Virus record (IMG/VR): IMGVR_UViG_3300026088_000018
Span: 3,817 to 67,816 of that record
Source: a virus
DNA length: 64,000 bases
Reading direction: 5' to 3' (one strand)
Both the position numbers and the translations under genes were made by a program. Positions 28,587-38,254 of this stretch are shown one piece after another. Below the pieces are notes generated by a model that was not told the origin of the DNA, did no database searches, and worked only from the letters and a program-made list of their open reading frames with translations. Position 1 is the stretch's first letter. Each line of letters opens with the position of its first letter.

Positions 28587-29138
28587 CTAGTGGAAGTGGA
28601 CAAGTCCGCTATCGGCGGCCAACTCGAACGCCCGGGTCCAGTTGGCGTATTTCGCGGTGAAGTAGCTCTCGTACTCGCCCTCGCCGGGCTTGTACCGCTC
28701 GGCATGCTCGCGGAAGTCGGCCAGAAGGTCCGCTGCCGCTTCCGGACCGATCGAGCCCTCGTTATCCGCGAACCAGATCAACTCATAGAACGGGCCCGCC
28801 GAGTCGCGCTGCGGGTTGAACTGGTCCTGGAGGTCGGCGCGCCACAGGTTGTAGCCGCCGTACGAGCCAGCGTGGAAGCGGTGCGTCACCGTCTCCGGCG
28901 TCACGGAGTAGCAGCCGCCCTGGAGGAACTCCCGTTCGCCATGTCCGACCAGCTTGGTACCGATCACTGGGATGCCCCGGAACGACTGCGGGAAGCCGTC
29001 GTACGCGTACGCCTCGACGTGGTCCTCGTAGTAGCAGTAGTCGTCCAGACCGCCCGGCTCGCCCTCGTTCAGCTCGGGGTCCTTCTTGTGCTTGCCGACG
29101 TGCTTCAGCCGGCTGTACGCAGTGATGTCCAGTCCCAT
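28587..29138 (-). CDS. conserved phage hypothetical protein
   Basis: MGLDI.AY...GSYGGYN.WR..L...F.ELI.F.D.EG.IG. Confidence 0.72.
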   Translation of the reverse strand: MGLDITAYSRLKHVGKHKKDPELNEGEPGGLDDYCYYEDHVEAYAYDGFPQSFRGIPVIGTKLVGHGEREFLQGGCYSVTPETVTHRFHAGSYGGYNLWRADLQDQFNPQRDSAGPFYELIWFADNEGSIGPEAAADLLADFREHAERYKPGEGEYESYFTAKYANWTRAFELAADSGLVHFH

Positions 29139-29376
29139 CGCTATTCCCCCCTCGTCGAGTAGTTGCCTGGTCGTCCCGCCCACCCGGGGTCCCGGGGCGG
29201 CAAATCCCCGGTCCTCTCCCTGCCTGACTCGCAGGTCAGCGGGTGGGCGGGAACGTCTGGGCCCCGACCGGTCAGCACACGCTCGGCCGGAAGCGCGCCG
29301 GAAGCGATCACGGAGAAACCCACCCGGCGGCACGCGGAGGAGGATGGGTTCGCTGACCGGTCGGGGGGTCATGGGG

Positions 29377-29763
29377 TCACGCCCAGGACTGGTGGGCGCG
29401 ACGCGCGATCTCCTCGTGCGGCGTTTCGCCCGGCATCCACGCCTCCACGGGCAGGTCACCGGCGAGCCGGAGCAGCTTCTCGACGATGGCTCGGGTCTCG
29501 GTCGCCGAGAAGTAGGAAGGGCGGCGGGCCAACTGCGCGGCGAGGACCAGCCAGGCATTGCCGGCCCCGCTGTTCAGCAGCGCATCGGTGACGCACTTTG
29601 CATGCGCCCAGCCGCGGAAGAAGGTGATGGACTGGCCGGCGGCGATGTCGCCTCGGCACACCGTGCACGGCGTCGAGAACTCGACGTGCGCACCCGTTTC
29701 GGAGTCGCGGAATTCGCGCGGACCGGTCGCTTCGGAAACCCTTAGCGGGATGACGTTGCTCAT
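29377..29763 (-). CDS. hypothetical protein (CxxC..HxxC)
   Basis: ATGA coupled; Zn-binding motif. Confidence 0.6.
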   Translation of the reverse strand: MSNVIPLRVSEATGPREFRDSETGAHVEFSTPCTVCRGDIAAGQSITFFRGWAHAKCVTDALLNSGAGNAWLVLAAQLARRPSYFSATETRAIVEKLLRLAGDLPVEAWMPGETPHEEIARRAHQSWA

Positions 29764-30626
29764 GCCGATTGCCTTTCCACGCTTTTGGGCTTGTCGAGTG
29801 AGCCGTGGGCGGCGAGCCTCGCAAGGGCCTTGTCCCAGGCGTGGCTCCAGCCCTTCGGGGTTAGCCGGGCCGAGACCTTCGCCTGCGGGCCGGTGGAGCG
29901 CTCGATCGTGTCGTGTTTCGCCCGCATCCAGCCGCTCTTAAGGGCGGCTGCCGTCGGCTCGTTCCGCCTGATTGACTTCGAGCGGATGACCATGCCGATC
30001 TCGCCGAGGAAATCGCGAATGCCCTCGTGGAGCAGCTTCACGTCGTACTTCTCGCGGGCGTGCAGTGCGAGGTCGTTCGCGAACTGGGCGATTGCGAACA
30101 GCCCGTCCGCCTCACGGAAGTGATCGGCTTGGGCGGCCTTCGGCTCCAGCTCGGCCACCTTCGTCTCGGCCAGTTCGGCGCGCTCAAGCGCTTCAGCCCA
30201 ACCGCGCAGTGCCTGCGGGTGCGTGGGCATTGCCTGCCGGACCGCTGGCAAGGCCCGGCCGATTTCGGCTTCTCGCGTCCGGACTGCGAAGTAGGTCTGC
30301 GCCTCAGCGATCTCCGGTTTCCTGGGATCCCCGTTCATGGTCACGAGGTAGGCCGCGTACCGGGTCAGCCAGTAGTCAACGCGGGGTGCACCGCCAGTAC
30401 CTTCTTGCCGCCTCCGGCGAAAAGCCTGCTCTGGATCGGTGCCCGCGTTGCGGCACGCTGCGATCGCTCGATCGATGGCCTCTTCGAACCGTCGCCACTG
30501 CTCATAGCCGAGATGCGGCTGGAGCTCGCGGGCTGACCAGTACTCCACACCCCGCTCCGTCGTGCGGCGGATCGAGTCGAACGGGCTGCTGTCGCCGGTC
30601 GAGCCGAACAGGGTCAGGTCGCTCAC
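29760..30626 (-). CDS. Antirepressor (BRO-N/DinD-like N-terminus plus KilAC-like C-terminus)
   Basis: [54 protein letters not shown]. Confidence 0.85.
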   Translation of the reverse strand: MSDLTLFGSTGDSSPFDSIRRTTERGVEYWSARELQPHLGYEQWRRFEEAIDRAIAACRNAGTDPEQAFRRRRQEGTGGAPRVDYWLTRYAAYLVTMNGDPRKPEIAEAQTYFAVRTREAEIGRALPAVRQAMPTHPQALRGWAEALERAELAETKVAELEPKAAQADHFREADGLFAIAQFANDLALHAREKYDVKLLHEGIRDFLGEIGMVIRSKSIRRNEPTAAALKSGWMRAKHDTIERSTGPQAKVSARLTPKGWSHAWDKALARLAAHGSLDKPKSVERQSA

Positions 30627-30844
30627 TGCGTACCCGCCATCCGGTTGCGCCGGGCCGCGAACATGGCCCGCGCCTTCCGTACCGCAACCTCACGCTCGGC
30701 CAGCACCTCAGCCTCGGCGGCGTGGTCCAGGGCCTCCTCGACATACCCGATGACGAACAGGTCCGTGTCCGCGGTGTACGGGCCGAGCAGTGACTCGGCG
30801 TGGGCTACTTCCTCAGCGGTGGGGTCGAACGGATAACGGCTCAT
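30623..30844 (-). CDS. hypothetical protein
   Basis: Coupled overlaps. Confidence 0.55.
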   Translation of the reverse strand: MSRYPFDPTAEEVAHAESLLGPYTADTDLFVIGYVEEALDHAAEAEVLAEREVAVRKARAMFAARRNRMAGTQ

Positions 30845-31035
30845 CGCGCACCGCCGGAGAGCAGCTGGTCGAGACGCCGCTCGAACTCCCCCGCCCGCTT
30901 CGCGTCGTACGAGGCGTCGAGCTGCTCCCACGCCACCAGTTCGGCGCGTTCTTGGGTCCGCTCTACGGCGTCTACCGCGTACTGCTGGTCGTCTGTGACG
31001 TTCCAGGAGACTTCTTCTGCTGTAGGACTGGTCAT
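30841..31035 (-). CDS. hypothetical protein
   Basis: Coupled overlaps. Confidence 0.55.
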   Translation of the reverse strand: MTSPTAEEVSWNVTDDQQYAVDAVERTQERAELVAWEQLDASYDAKRAGEFERRLDQLLSGGAR

Positions 31036-31532
31036 GCCGCACGCCCCTTGATCTCGCGGGACTTGTGGAGGCGGTTGTACTTCGGCGCCTCGGTTCGGAT
31101 GGCATGGATCTCGGCGTCCAACACCTCGCCGAGCGAGTCGTACGGCTCATGCGTCCAGCGGTCGACCTCGGGCCACCACGGCGAACTCGTGAAGTGACCG
31201 CGCAGGCGGTTCAGGAAGTTGCAGGTCTGACCGATGTAGAGAACCGAGCCGTCGGCCGCGAAGAACCGGTACAACTCGTAGGCCGGCAGGTGGCCGACGA
31301 AGATGCAGTCGTCACAGAGGTCGTGAACCTCCGGCAACTCCAGGTAGGTCCGGGCCTTGTAGCCGATGCCGAGATAGATGCCACAGCGGGTGGCGACGAT
31401 CAGCTGCGGGCCGTGGTGCGGAGTCCAGATGACCTCGGCCGACTCAATCAGGTGGCTCTTCGTGGTCGCGCTATGCGTAATCGAGGCGAAGCAACCGCGT
31501 GGGCGCGCCTTCGTGACCGCGGGGCTGCTCAT
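31032..31532 (-). CDS. GIY-YIG nuclease-domain protein
   Basis: LYRFF....VLYIGQT....RL..H...E..AI..E.P.YN. Confidence 0.8.
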   Translation of the reverse strand: MSSPAVTKARPRGCFASITHSATTKSHLIESAEVIWTPHHGPQLIVATRCGIYLGIGYKARTYLELPEVHDLCDDCIFVGHLPAYELYRFFAADGSVLYIGQTCNFLNRLRGHFTSSPWWPEVDRWTHEPYDSLGEVLDAEIHAIRTEAPKYNRLHKSREIKGRAA

Positions 31533-31750
31533 GCCGCTGACCCCCGGGACGTCTCGCGGGCCTTCAGGTACTCCTGGTACGCGTCCTCGGAGATCCGGTA
31601 CCGGCGCTTCTTCTTCCCGGTGCTGATGTTGATGCTGCGGATCGCACCGCTCGCGACGATCCGGTAGGCCGTCGACAAGGGGGTGTCGAGGCGTTCGGCG
31701 AACGCCGCGACGGTCATCTCCTTCTTCTTCTCGTTCTTCTTCTCGGCCAT
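31529..31750 (-). CDS. xis: Excisionase-like HTH protein
   Basis: MTVAAFAERL......AYRIVASGAI...RYRISE..Y.EYL (HTH_17 pattern). Confidence 0.72.
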   Translation of the reverse strand: MAEKKNEKKKEMTVAAFAERLDTPLSTAYRIVASGAIRSINISTGKKKRRYRISEDAYQEYLKARETSRGSAA

Positions 31751-32019
31751 CACGCCACGTCCTTGGTGGGAGCCGGCACCCGCTTGACCAGTTCGCCGTA
31801 CTTGTCGTCGCCGAACGTGGCCATAAGGCGGTCGATCGTGTCCTTGCCGGGCCTGGCGTATCCCGTCCGCAGGTGGCGCAACATCTGGTAGCTGATGCCG
31901 CAGCCGTCGGCGCGTTGCGGATCGCTGGTCCATCCGCGCTCTTCGCAGAGTTCGTCGAACTTCTCCAAGTCGATCGCCAGAACCTCGGCCCTCTCAGTCA
32001 TGAGAGTCACCGTAGCCAC
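31750..32019 (-). CDS. Cro-like HTH regulator
   Basis: Small HTH (A..CGIS...L..L..G...PG) divergent from repressor, first gene of early operon. Confidence 0.72.
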   Translation of the reverse strand: MATVTLMTERAEVLAIDLEKFDELCEERGWTSDPQRADGCGISYQMLRHLRTGYARPGKDTIDRLMATFGDDKYGELVKRVPAPTKDVA

Positions 32020-32205
32020 TCACTCTCATCCACACAAGTCCACCGTTCGGAGGAGTGCTATTCCGTAACACGGTGACCGGTACTCTCGCGTGTGAGATGT
32101 TGGAGGTTCGTCAATGTTGGCTGGTCATAGCACCGCAAATGGCAACATGCAGGCCGCCAACCTCTCGCGCATGAGAGTGACATCAGGACAAAGCGGCCCT
32201 AGCCT
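31991..32205. promoter_or_regulatory. Immunity switch: three palindromic operators and leaderless repressor promoter
   Basis: CTCTCAGTCATGAGAG (31991), CTCTCGCGTGTGAGAT (32083), CTCTCGCGCATGAGAG (32162); GTGACA-N17-TAGCCT 7 nt before ATG 32213. Confidence 0.7.
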
Positions 32206-32212
32206 TCCGACC

Positions 32213-32650
32213 ATGCCGAAGGCATGGCCAGTGGCCGAGTTCCAGGAGTACTTGCGCGCGTGCATGGACGCTGCGGGCATTCCGGACTTCGCCGAGTTGT
32301 CCCGGCGGAGCGGCGTCGGGCAGTGGCAGTTCAGCACCTGGAAGCAGGGCAAGAACCAGCCGAGCGCGGCGAGTCTGCGGCGGATCGCGCCCGCGCTCAA
32401 CATCTCACCGCTGAAGCTGTTCTTGGCCGCAGGTGTCAACGACGCGGAGGAGTTGGACCTTTCCGGTCAACCCGATCTCACCGTGCTGCCGGCAGAGATC
32501 CACGACTTCATCACTCTGTACCTCGACGACCGTCTAACAGCTGACCAGCGCCGGTACGCCCGGCAGACCGTCGCCTACATCACGTCAGGGCTGCGTGCCG
32601 AGCTGGCCAGATCACAGGTCAAGCCGTCCGGGCGACGCCGGGCCGGCTGA
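32213..32650 (+). CDS. Immunity repressor (XRE HTH)
   Basis: AELSRRSGV....STWK.G..QPS...LRRIA.AL; divergent from cro, upstream of integrase (ORF track start 32114). Confidence 0.85.
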   Translation: MPKAWPVAEFQEYLRACMDAAGIPDFAELSRRSGVGQWQFSTWKQGKNQPSAASLRRIAPALNISPLKLFLAAGVNDAEELDLSGQPDLTVLPAEIHDFITLYLDDRLTADQRRYARQTVAYITSGLRAELARSQVKPSGRRRAG

Positions 32651-32854
32651 GCGGGCAGTCGGATATGACAGATCTTCCACGTTCACTCACTTGCCCTTCC
32701 GATCAGGCACCGATCGGTCACACGATGTTCAGACCAGGCGCCATCACGAGCCCCCCAGACCCCGGGGTTCCCAGACACACGAAGGTCCCCGCCCCGATTG
32801 GCGGATCGATGCCCGGACCTGCACTCCCGCCGAGGAACCAGGGGGCACCCGATC

Positions 32855-33346
32855 ATGTACCGCATTATCAGCCGTGGCTGCGGAGTCGTCGCCGCGTGCT
32901 GCGCCACCTTCTACGTCATGGCACTCATCGGTGCCGCCATCGACCCCGGTGGCATCAACGTGTCGCGGCAACTCAGCACGATCCTGCTCACCGTCACCAC
33001 CGTCTCCACGCTGATCGCGGTCCACGGCTGGCAGGTCGATACCAGCGCCCGCCGGGCCGCCGACGAGGCCGCCGAGCGGGCCGCCGCCGTGGTCACCCAC
33101 GCCGTCGCCGGCTCGATCGAGCAGCTGCTGTTCCGGGTGGCGGAACGCACGGCCAGCACCGCCCACAACGAGCTGGTGGCCGCCATCAGCGAGGTCGCCG
33201 CTGGCGTCAGCGCCGACCTCTCCGACGCGCTGGGCGGGCGGGTCGAAACCTGGCTCGACCGGGCGCACACTAGGAGAATGATCGAAGAGGCCGCCGCCGG
33301 CCGGTCCAACGGCAACGTGTCCTCCATCAGCCGCCGGGAGCCCTGA
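32855..33346 (+). CDS. membrane protein
   Basis: Two TM helices then coiled coil; TGATG-coupled to integrase. Confidence 0.7.
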   Translation: MYRIISRGCGVVAACCATFYVMALIGAAIDPGGINVSRQLSTILLTVTTVSTLIAVHGWQVDTSARRAADEAAERAAAVVTHAVAGSIEQLLFRVAERTASTAHNELVAAISEVAAGVSADLSDALGGRVETWLDRAHTRRMIEEAAAGRSNGNVSSISRREP

Positions 33347-34566
33347 TGGCGTGGGTCCGGCAACTGCCGTCCGGCCTGTGGGCCGCAACCGTCTACCTGA
33401 CCCCCGGGGACCCGGGCAGCCGCCGCACCGAGACCCACAAGCTCAAGATGGTTGTGACCGAGTGGGCCGTGGACATGGAGGCGGACATCCGCCGCGGCGA
33501 GCTGATCGACCCGCGGCTGTCCAAGACCCCGGTCGGCGAGGTGTGGGACAAGTACTGCGGGACGCGCCGGATCTCGAAGGCGGCCCGCGCCCGGGACGCC
33601 TCGATCTTCCGGTGCCACGTCCGGCCCCGCTGGGGCGACACCCCGGTCGGCCGGATCCTGAAGCCGGACGTGCAGAAATGGGTCATCGACCTGGAGACCG
33701 CCCACGCCGACGACTGCCGGTCCAAGAAGTGTGAAGGCTGCCGGCACGGGGGCTGGGTCATCATCGCCGCCCTGAACGTGATGAAGGCGGTCATGGAACT
33801 GGCGGTCGACGCCGGGATGATCCGTTCGAACCCGGCCCGGCGGGTGAAGGCGCCGATGCCGCCGGCGCACGAGGCGCGCATCATCGACCCCGACGAGGAG
33901 GAGGCGATCCTCGTCCGGCTCGACACACTGTTCCCCGGCCGCCGCGACGCGCGGTTGTTCGTCGAGACCCTGTTCGAGACGGGTGCGCGGTGGGAGGAGA
34001 TCGCCGGGGTCTCCCGCCCGGCGGTGGACCTGCGGGCCAGCCTGATCCGGTTGGGCCCGGTCATGGAACGCGACGGGACCGTCCGGGACTACCCGAAGGG
34101 TGCCCGGACCCGCCAGGCCGCCGGGTTCCGTAACGCGTCGGTGAGTCCGGAGCTGCTCGGCCGGCTGCGCCCCGTCGTGCTGGCGACTGCCCCTGACGGG
34201 CTGGTGTTCACGGCGAGCGAGGGTGGGCCGATGCGCTACCCGACGTGGTTGCGGCGGGTGTGGAACCGTGCCCTGCGGGTGCCGGTGCTCGACGAGCGGG
34301 GCAGGCCGGCCAGGGGTGCGGACGGCCAGCCGTTGTGGACGCCGCTGATCGACGAGCCGTTGCCGACGCCGCACGACACCCGGCACACCTACGGGACCAC
34401 GTTGGCCAACGACGTGCCGGAGGACCCGGCCGAGCGGTTGGAGCTGCACGACCGCATGGCGCTGATGGGGCATGCCGACGTGCGTTCGGCGATGCGCTAC
34501 ACCCACTCGAACGACAGCCGGTTCGACCGGGCGCGCAACGCCCGGCAGCGGCGCAAGTCAGGGTGA
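33346..34566 (+). CDS. int: Tyrosine integrase
   Basis: TGARWEE (R), PHDTRHT (HxxR), MGH, MRYTH (Y); adjacent to attP. Confidence 0.93.
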   Translation: MAWVRQLPSGLWAATVYLTPGDPGSRRTETHKLKMVVTEWAVDMEADIRRGELIDPRLSKTPVGEVWDKYCGTRRISKAARARDASIFRCHVRPRWGDTPVGRILKPDVQKWVIDLETAHADDCRSKKCEGCRHGGWVIIAALNVMKAVMELAVDAGMIRSNPARRVKAPMPPAHEARIIDPDEEEAILVRLDTLFPGRRDARLFVETLFETGARWEEIAGVSRPAVDLRASLIRLGPVMERDGTVRDYPKGARTRQAAGFRNASVSPELLGRLRPVVLATAPDGLVFTASEGGPMRYPTWLRRVWNRALRVPVLDERGRPARGADGQPLWTPLIDEPLPTPHDTRHTYGTTLANDVPEDPAERLELHDRMALMGHADVRSAMRYTHSNDSRFDRARNARQRRKSG

Positions 34567-34649
34567 CACACCGACGATTGATCGACTACGAAAACACACC
34601 GCCGACTCATGATCTCTGCGTGGAGATCGCGAATCGGCGGTGTTTTTCC

Positions 34650-34699
34650 TGGTGGGCGATACTGGGTTTGAACCAGTGACCTCTTCCGTGTCAAGGAAG
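34650..34699 (-). other. attP core: 3' half of tRNA-Val(GAC) including CCA
   Basis: Minus strand CTTCC-TTGACAC-GGAAG AGGTC ACTGG TTCAAAC CCAGT ATCGCCC ACCA; no D-arm or 5' half; (A/T)CTCA(T/C)G arm-like repeats at about 34606 and 34790-34825. Confidence 0.88.
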
Positions 34700-34825
34700 T
34701 TCAGGCGTCTTCCCGACCTGCTGCGGCCCCGCTGATCATGGCGTTGGCCTGCCCGTACCGTCTCGGGGGTTCTCAGGGATTACCACGGATTCTCATGATC
34801 CAAACTCACGCCCAACTCATCATGA

Positions 34826-35047
34826 TCAGAGCGGTGGATCAGCCGCCACGTACGTGGCCTTGCCCTGTTGTCCCCTTGTCCACCCGTCCCGACCGAGCAG
34901 CATCAGCGCGGACTTGACCGTGGTCTGGCTCGTGTCCAGTTCCTCGGCGAGCTTGGAGATCGACGGCAGCGGGTGGCCCGGCGGCCATTCGCCGGAACGG
35001 ATCCGGGCGACGACGGACTCATAGACACGGATGTACTCGGCGGGCAC
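34826..35047 (-). CDS. GntR-family winged-HTH regulator (DNA-binding domain only)
   Basis: RIRSGEWPPG..LPS...LAEE...S..TV..AL..L...G...GQQGKATYV. Confidence 0.85.
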   Translation of the reverse strand: MPAEYIRVYESVVARIRSGEWPPGHPLPSISKLAEELDTSQTTVKSALMLLGRDGWTRGQQGKATYVAADPPL

Positions 35048-35258
35048 GGCGAAACTCCCAGCTTGGCGGCCCGCCAATATCATCACGTCCTCACTGTGTG
35101 CAGCAAGACAGTGTTGTCTTAGTCAGCTTAGCCGACTATGTTGCCAGTGGGGCGTTTCCCCCGGCTTGGCGGCCAGGGCTTCAGCCCCCCGGGCCGGAGC
35201 CCCCCGCCAGGGAGCAACTCCGGCCCGGTCCCTTCTTCGTGTCCAGGAGGGCCTCCGC

Positions 35259-35444
35259 ATGACCGGACCCGATCCCACCCCGACGTCTCCACCGGTGGAG
35301 CTGTCCTCCCCGCGGAGGTGCCCGCACTGCCGCGCCGAGGTCACCGGCGTCATCCAGCACCGGGTGCACCGTGGCCCGGCCTGGCTCGAACTGCAGCCGT
35401 GCGGGCACGCGACGACGCAGATGGGCTTCCTGACCACGCCATAG
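35259..35444 (+). CDS. small Zn-ribbon protein
   Basis: CPHC...PCGH; AGGAGG RBS. Confidence 0.6.
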   Translation: MTGPDPTPTSPPVELSSPRRCPHCRAEVTGVIQHRVHRGPAWLELQPCGHATTQMGFLTTP

Positions 35445-35453
35445 GCTGGCGGC

Positions 35454-35675
35454 ATGCGAGCTGAACTGCGGTACCGGATCGACACCGAGTGGCTGCTGGA
35501 AGTGGTCGACTACCACGACGGTGGGCGGGTCACCGGGTTCTCCGAGTCGATCGAGGCTAAGCGCGGCACCGAGTGCGCGGCGGCCGAGGAGCGGCTCCGG
35601 CGGGCCGGTCGCACCGTCACCTCGGCCTGGGCGCAGGTCGAGGGCGGTTGGGACGCCGACGTGTCCGGACGCTAG
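35454..35675 (+). CDS. hypothetical protein
   Basis: GC3-rich ORF downstream of Zn-ribbon gene. Confidence 0.55.
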   Translation: MRAELRYRIDTEWLLEVVDYHDGGRVTGFSESIEAKRGTECAAAEERLRRAGRTVTSAWAQVEGGWDADVSGR

Positions 35676-35707
35676 GACTTCTGCGTCACCGTGACCTGGA
35701 CGCTCAG

Positions 35708-36910
35708 CTACCGGTGTCCGGATATCCGCTCCGCCAGCCCGTACAGCTCGCCGGTGGAGCGGCGGCGGGCCCGGTCGAGCAGGGACCGCACGGTCTCCGC
35801 GGCGAGCGGGTTGGCCCGGGTCCGTGCCGGGGCGAGCCGTTCGGCGGCCGCGAGCATGCGTACCGCTTCGGGGTCGCGGCCGGTCGCGGCGAGCGCCCGG
35901 GCGACGTCGAGGTAGAAGGTGGCCCGGCGGCTGACCGAGGCCACCTGCTCGGCCTGGGTCTCGTTGGCCATGGCCACGGCCTTGCCGGGGTCGCCACCGT
36001 CGGCCTCCATGGACACCCGCCAGAACCGGATGTTCGTCGGGCCGAAGTTCAGCCCGAGCGTGGTGGTCTGCCCGGTCGCGGCCGCGATGGTCTCCGCCTC
36101 CGCGATCCGCTCGGCCGAGCCGGTCTCGTCACCCTGGGCGTAGGCGCCGAACGCGGCGGTGAGCAGGAGCTGGCCGCGGACCTCCAGCGCGTCGGGCTGG
36201 TCGACGTGCGCGGCGAGTTCGGCGGCGGCGGAGTCGGCCACGAGTTGGGCGCGCCGGTACAGCCCGCACCCGGTGGCGGCGTGCGCCCGGGAGTAGGCGG
36301 CGAGGCCGAGCATCACCGGGTCGCCGAGGAGTTCTGCGGCCTGCTGGGCGCGTTCGCCGACGAGCGCGGAGCCGGTCGCCTCACCCAGGTACCGGATGCC
36401 GAACGAGGCGGTTTCGTGGGTGCGGACGAGCAGCCGCAGCGCGCCGGCCTTGGCGGGCCCGAACGCGGACGCGTGCAGGGCACGGATCAGCGCGGGCAGC
36501 CGACGGGCGGCGGCGTAGTCGTCGCAGCGGTCCCGCAGGTCACGGATCAGGTGGAACTCGCGTTCCAGCTCGTCGAGCGGCCCGGGTTCGCCGTCGGGGG
36601 TGTAGGTGAGGTCGGCCTCGACCACGGCGCGCATCAGCTCGTAGGCGGTCCCACCGGTCTCGGCCTGTTCCCGGTCGGCCGGCACGGCGGACCGGCCGGT
36701 CAGCTCAGCGACGGAGCAGCGCAGCGCTTCGGCGATGCGGGCGATCACGAACCGGTTGTCGGCGGACTGCTTGCCGTTCTCGATGCGGCTCCAGCTGGCG
36801 ATCGAGATGCCGGCGTAGTCGGCGGCCTGGCGGGCGGACAGGCCGCGGGCGAGGCGTTGAGCGCGGATTCGTTCGCCGATCGATGAGGTCACGAACCCAA
36901 CGTTACACAT
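35708..36910 (-). CDS. XRE-family regulator with C-terminal helical (TPR-like) domain
   Basis: IGERIR..R..RGLS...A...GIS....SRIENG; FGPTN...AERLAP actinomycete family motifs. Confidence 0.82.
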   Translation of the reverse strand: MCNVGFVTSSIGERIRAQRLARGLSARQAADYAGISIASWSRIENGKQSADNRFVIARIAEALRCSVAELTGRSAVPADREQAETGGTAYELMRAVVEADLTYTPDGEPGPLDELEREFHLIRDLRDRCDDYAAARRLPALIRALHASAFGPAKAGALRLLVRTHETASFGIRYLGEATGSALVGERAQQAAELLGDPVMLGLAAYSRAHAATGCGLYRRAQLVADSAAAELAAHVDQPDALEVRGQLLLTAAFGAYAQGDETGSAERIAEAETIAAATGQTTTLGLNFGPTNIRFWRVSMEADGGDPGKAVAMANETQAEQVASVSRRATFYLDVARALAATGRDPEAVRMLAAAERLAPARTRANPLAAETVRSLLDRARRRSTGELYGLAERISGHR

Positions 36911-36943
36911 CCGTATCACTGATTGCGATACGGATACGTAGCG
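36901..36943. promoter_or_regulatory. Palindromic operator between divergent genes
   Basis: ATCCGTATC-N9-GATACGGAT, extending to 14 of 17 bp per arm. Confidence 0.6.
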
Positions 36944-36950
36944 TCGCGCC

Positions 36951-37196
36951 ATGGACCCCACCGAGACCGCCCGGGCCGTCATGCGCAGGCACCAGCCCAG
37001 CCGCTGGTGGATCGTCGTCGGGATCAGACGCTGCCAGCAGGGTTGCGGGCGTTGGCCCTGCGGCTTCTGGCACAACGCCCGGGACCAGCGGGACCGGATC
37101 CTCGACGAGGCGGCGATCGCCCGGATGCTGGCCATCGTCGCCGAGCTGCACGAGCCGAACCGCCCGCGGCGGGGGGTCCACGATGCGCAGCGGTGA
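36951..37196 (+). CDS. hypothetical protein (C..C..WPC)
   Basis: Divergent from XRE gene; GC3-rich. Confidence 0.6.
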   Translation: MDPTETARAVMRRHQPSRWWIVVGIRRCQQGCGRWPCGFWHNARDQRDRILDEAAIARMLAIVAELHEPNRPRRGVHDAQR

Positions 37197-37467
37197 ACTG
37201 GTGCGTGTCGAGGTGGACCCGGCGCTGGTCCTCGCCGAGGTTCTGCTCCGCCTGCGTCACGCCGGCGCCGACGTGTCCACGGACCAGGGGTCCATGTCCT
37301 GCGCCTACAAGCACCTCACGGGGGTGCTCGTAGCGCTGGGTGTGCCGGTGGACGTGGGGGTGCTGGGTGAGGCGGATCTCCTGCTGCTGCGGTGCGTGGC
37401 GGCTAGAGGTCGGCGGGCGGGCGCTCCGGTAGCTCCGCGTCCGGCATGCGCAGGTACCAGCGGATGA
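37183..37467 (+). CDS. hypothetical protein
   Basis: Overlaps upstream gene; GC3-rich. Confidence 0.5.
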   Translation: MRSGELVRVEVDPALVLAEVLLRLRHAGADVSTDQGSMSCAYKHLTGVLVALGVPVDVGVLGEADLLLLRCVAARGRRAGAPVAPRPACAGTSG

Positions 37468-37579
37468 GTTCGCGCAGGACGGTGGCGCGGTCCGTACCGG
37501 CGGCGGCGGCTCGTTTGCCGAGGTCATCCCAGAGCGAGCCCATGCGGATAGTCCGCTTGGTCGTCCCCTTGCCCGGCAT
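37403..37579 (-). CDS. Ribbon-helix-helix repressor (putative Kor/TraR analogue)
   Basis: TTKRTIRM..LWDDL...A...GTDRATVLRELIRWY; divergent from transfer operon. Confidence 0.75.
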   Translation of the reverse strand: MPGKGTTKRTIRMGSLWDDLGKRAAAAGTDRATVLRELIRWYLRMPDAELPERPPADL

Positions 37580-37587
37580 GCGAGTGA

Positions 37588-37663
37588 GGGTGTCATGACA
37601 TTGGCCTTCTGGCGAGCTTGCGGGTGTCATGGCACCCATCCTACAGTGGGTGCCATGACACCC
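37588..37663 (+). promoter_or_regulatory. Transfer-operon promoter with three palindromic operators
   Basis: GGGTGTCATGACA (37588), GGGTGTCATGGCACCC (37622), GGGTGCCATGACACCC (37648); TTGCGG-N18-TACAGT with ATG 7 nt downstream. Confidence 0.75.
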
Positions 37664-38254
37664 GAAGATGGCGCCGCACGGGCCGCTGGGCGACCCGCGT
37701 ATTCGCTGTACGTGATACTCGCGGTGTTCCCCGCCGTCGCGGTCTGCGCGGCGATCACCCATCAGTACCTGCATCTCGCGCTGGCCCTCGCGATGACAGG
37801 ACTTACGTACCTCGCGATCCGCATCGTCGATCTAGCGAAGTTCGCGCAAGTCTGGGACGCGGCGATCAAGTACTCGAACGCGCGCCTGATTGCGGACGCC
37901 GACCGCGTAGAGCGCATGTTCGACCAGCTTCCGCCCAGAAGCTGCGGCGGCGGCTACCTCTACGCGCTTCTGTTCGACACGGGCGCCATCAAGGTCGGGC
38001 AGACCGAGGAACCCCGCACCCGTCTTCGCAAGCACCGCAGGGATGCGGATGCCTACGGCGTATCGGTGATCGACTTTTGGCTGTCGTCGCCGCATGTGGA
38101 GTTCATCCAGAACGAGACGGTCCTTCTCGCCCTGTGTTCTCGTGCCGCCCGTCGGAGCAAGAACGAGTACTTCCGTGGCATCGCGCTTGACCGGGTGATC
38201 CGGCTCGCTTCCACACTTCAGATGACGGCCGCCGTTGAGCAGGTCGCGCGATGA
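37655..38254 (+). CDS. Membrane-anchored GIY-YIG/T5orf172-like protein
   Basis: Two TM helices, then GYLYAL...IKVGQT..P..RL..H...E...EYF. Confidence 0.7.
   Translation: MTPEDGAARAAGRPAYSLYVILAVFPAVAVCAAITHQYLHLALALAMTGLTYLAIRIVDLAKFAQVWDAAIKYSNARLIADADRVERMFDQLPPRSCGGGYLYALLFDTGAIKVGQTEEPRTRLRKHRRDADAYGVSVIDFWLSSPHVEFIQNETVLLALCSRAARRSKNEYFRGIALDRVIRLASTLQMTAAVEQVAR

Noticed and set aside
32911-34506. 531-aa minus-strand ORF
   Set aside because: Antisense shadow of the integrase
34650-34699. Complete tRNA-Val gene
   Set aside because: The 5' acceptor strand and D-arm are absent; interpreted as the attP core
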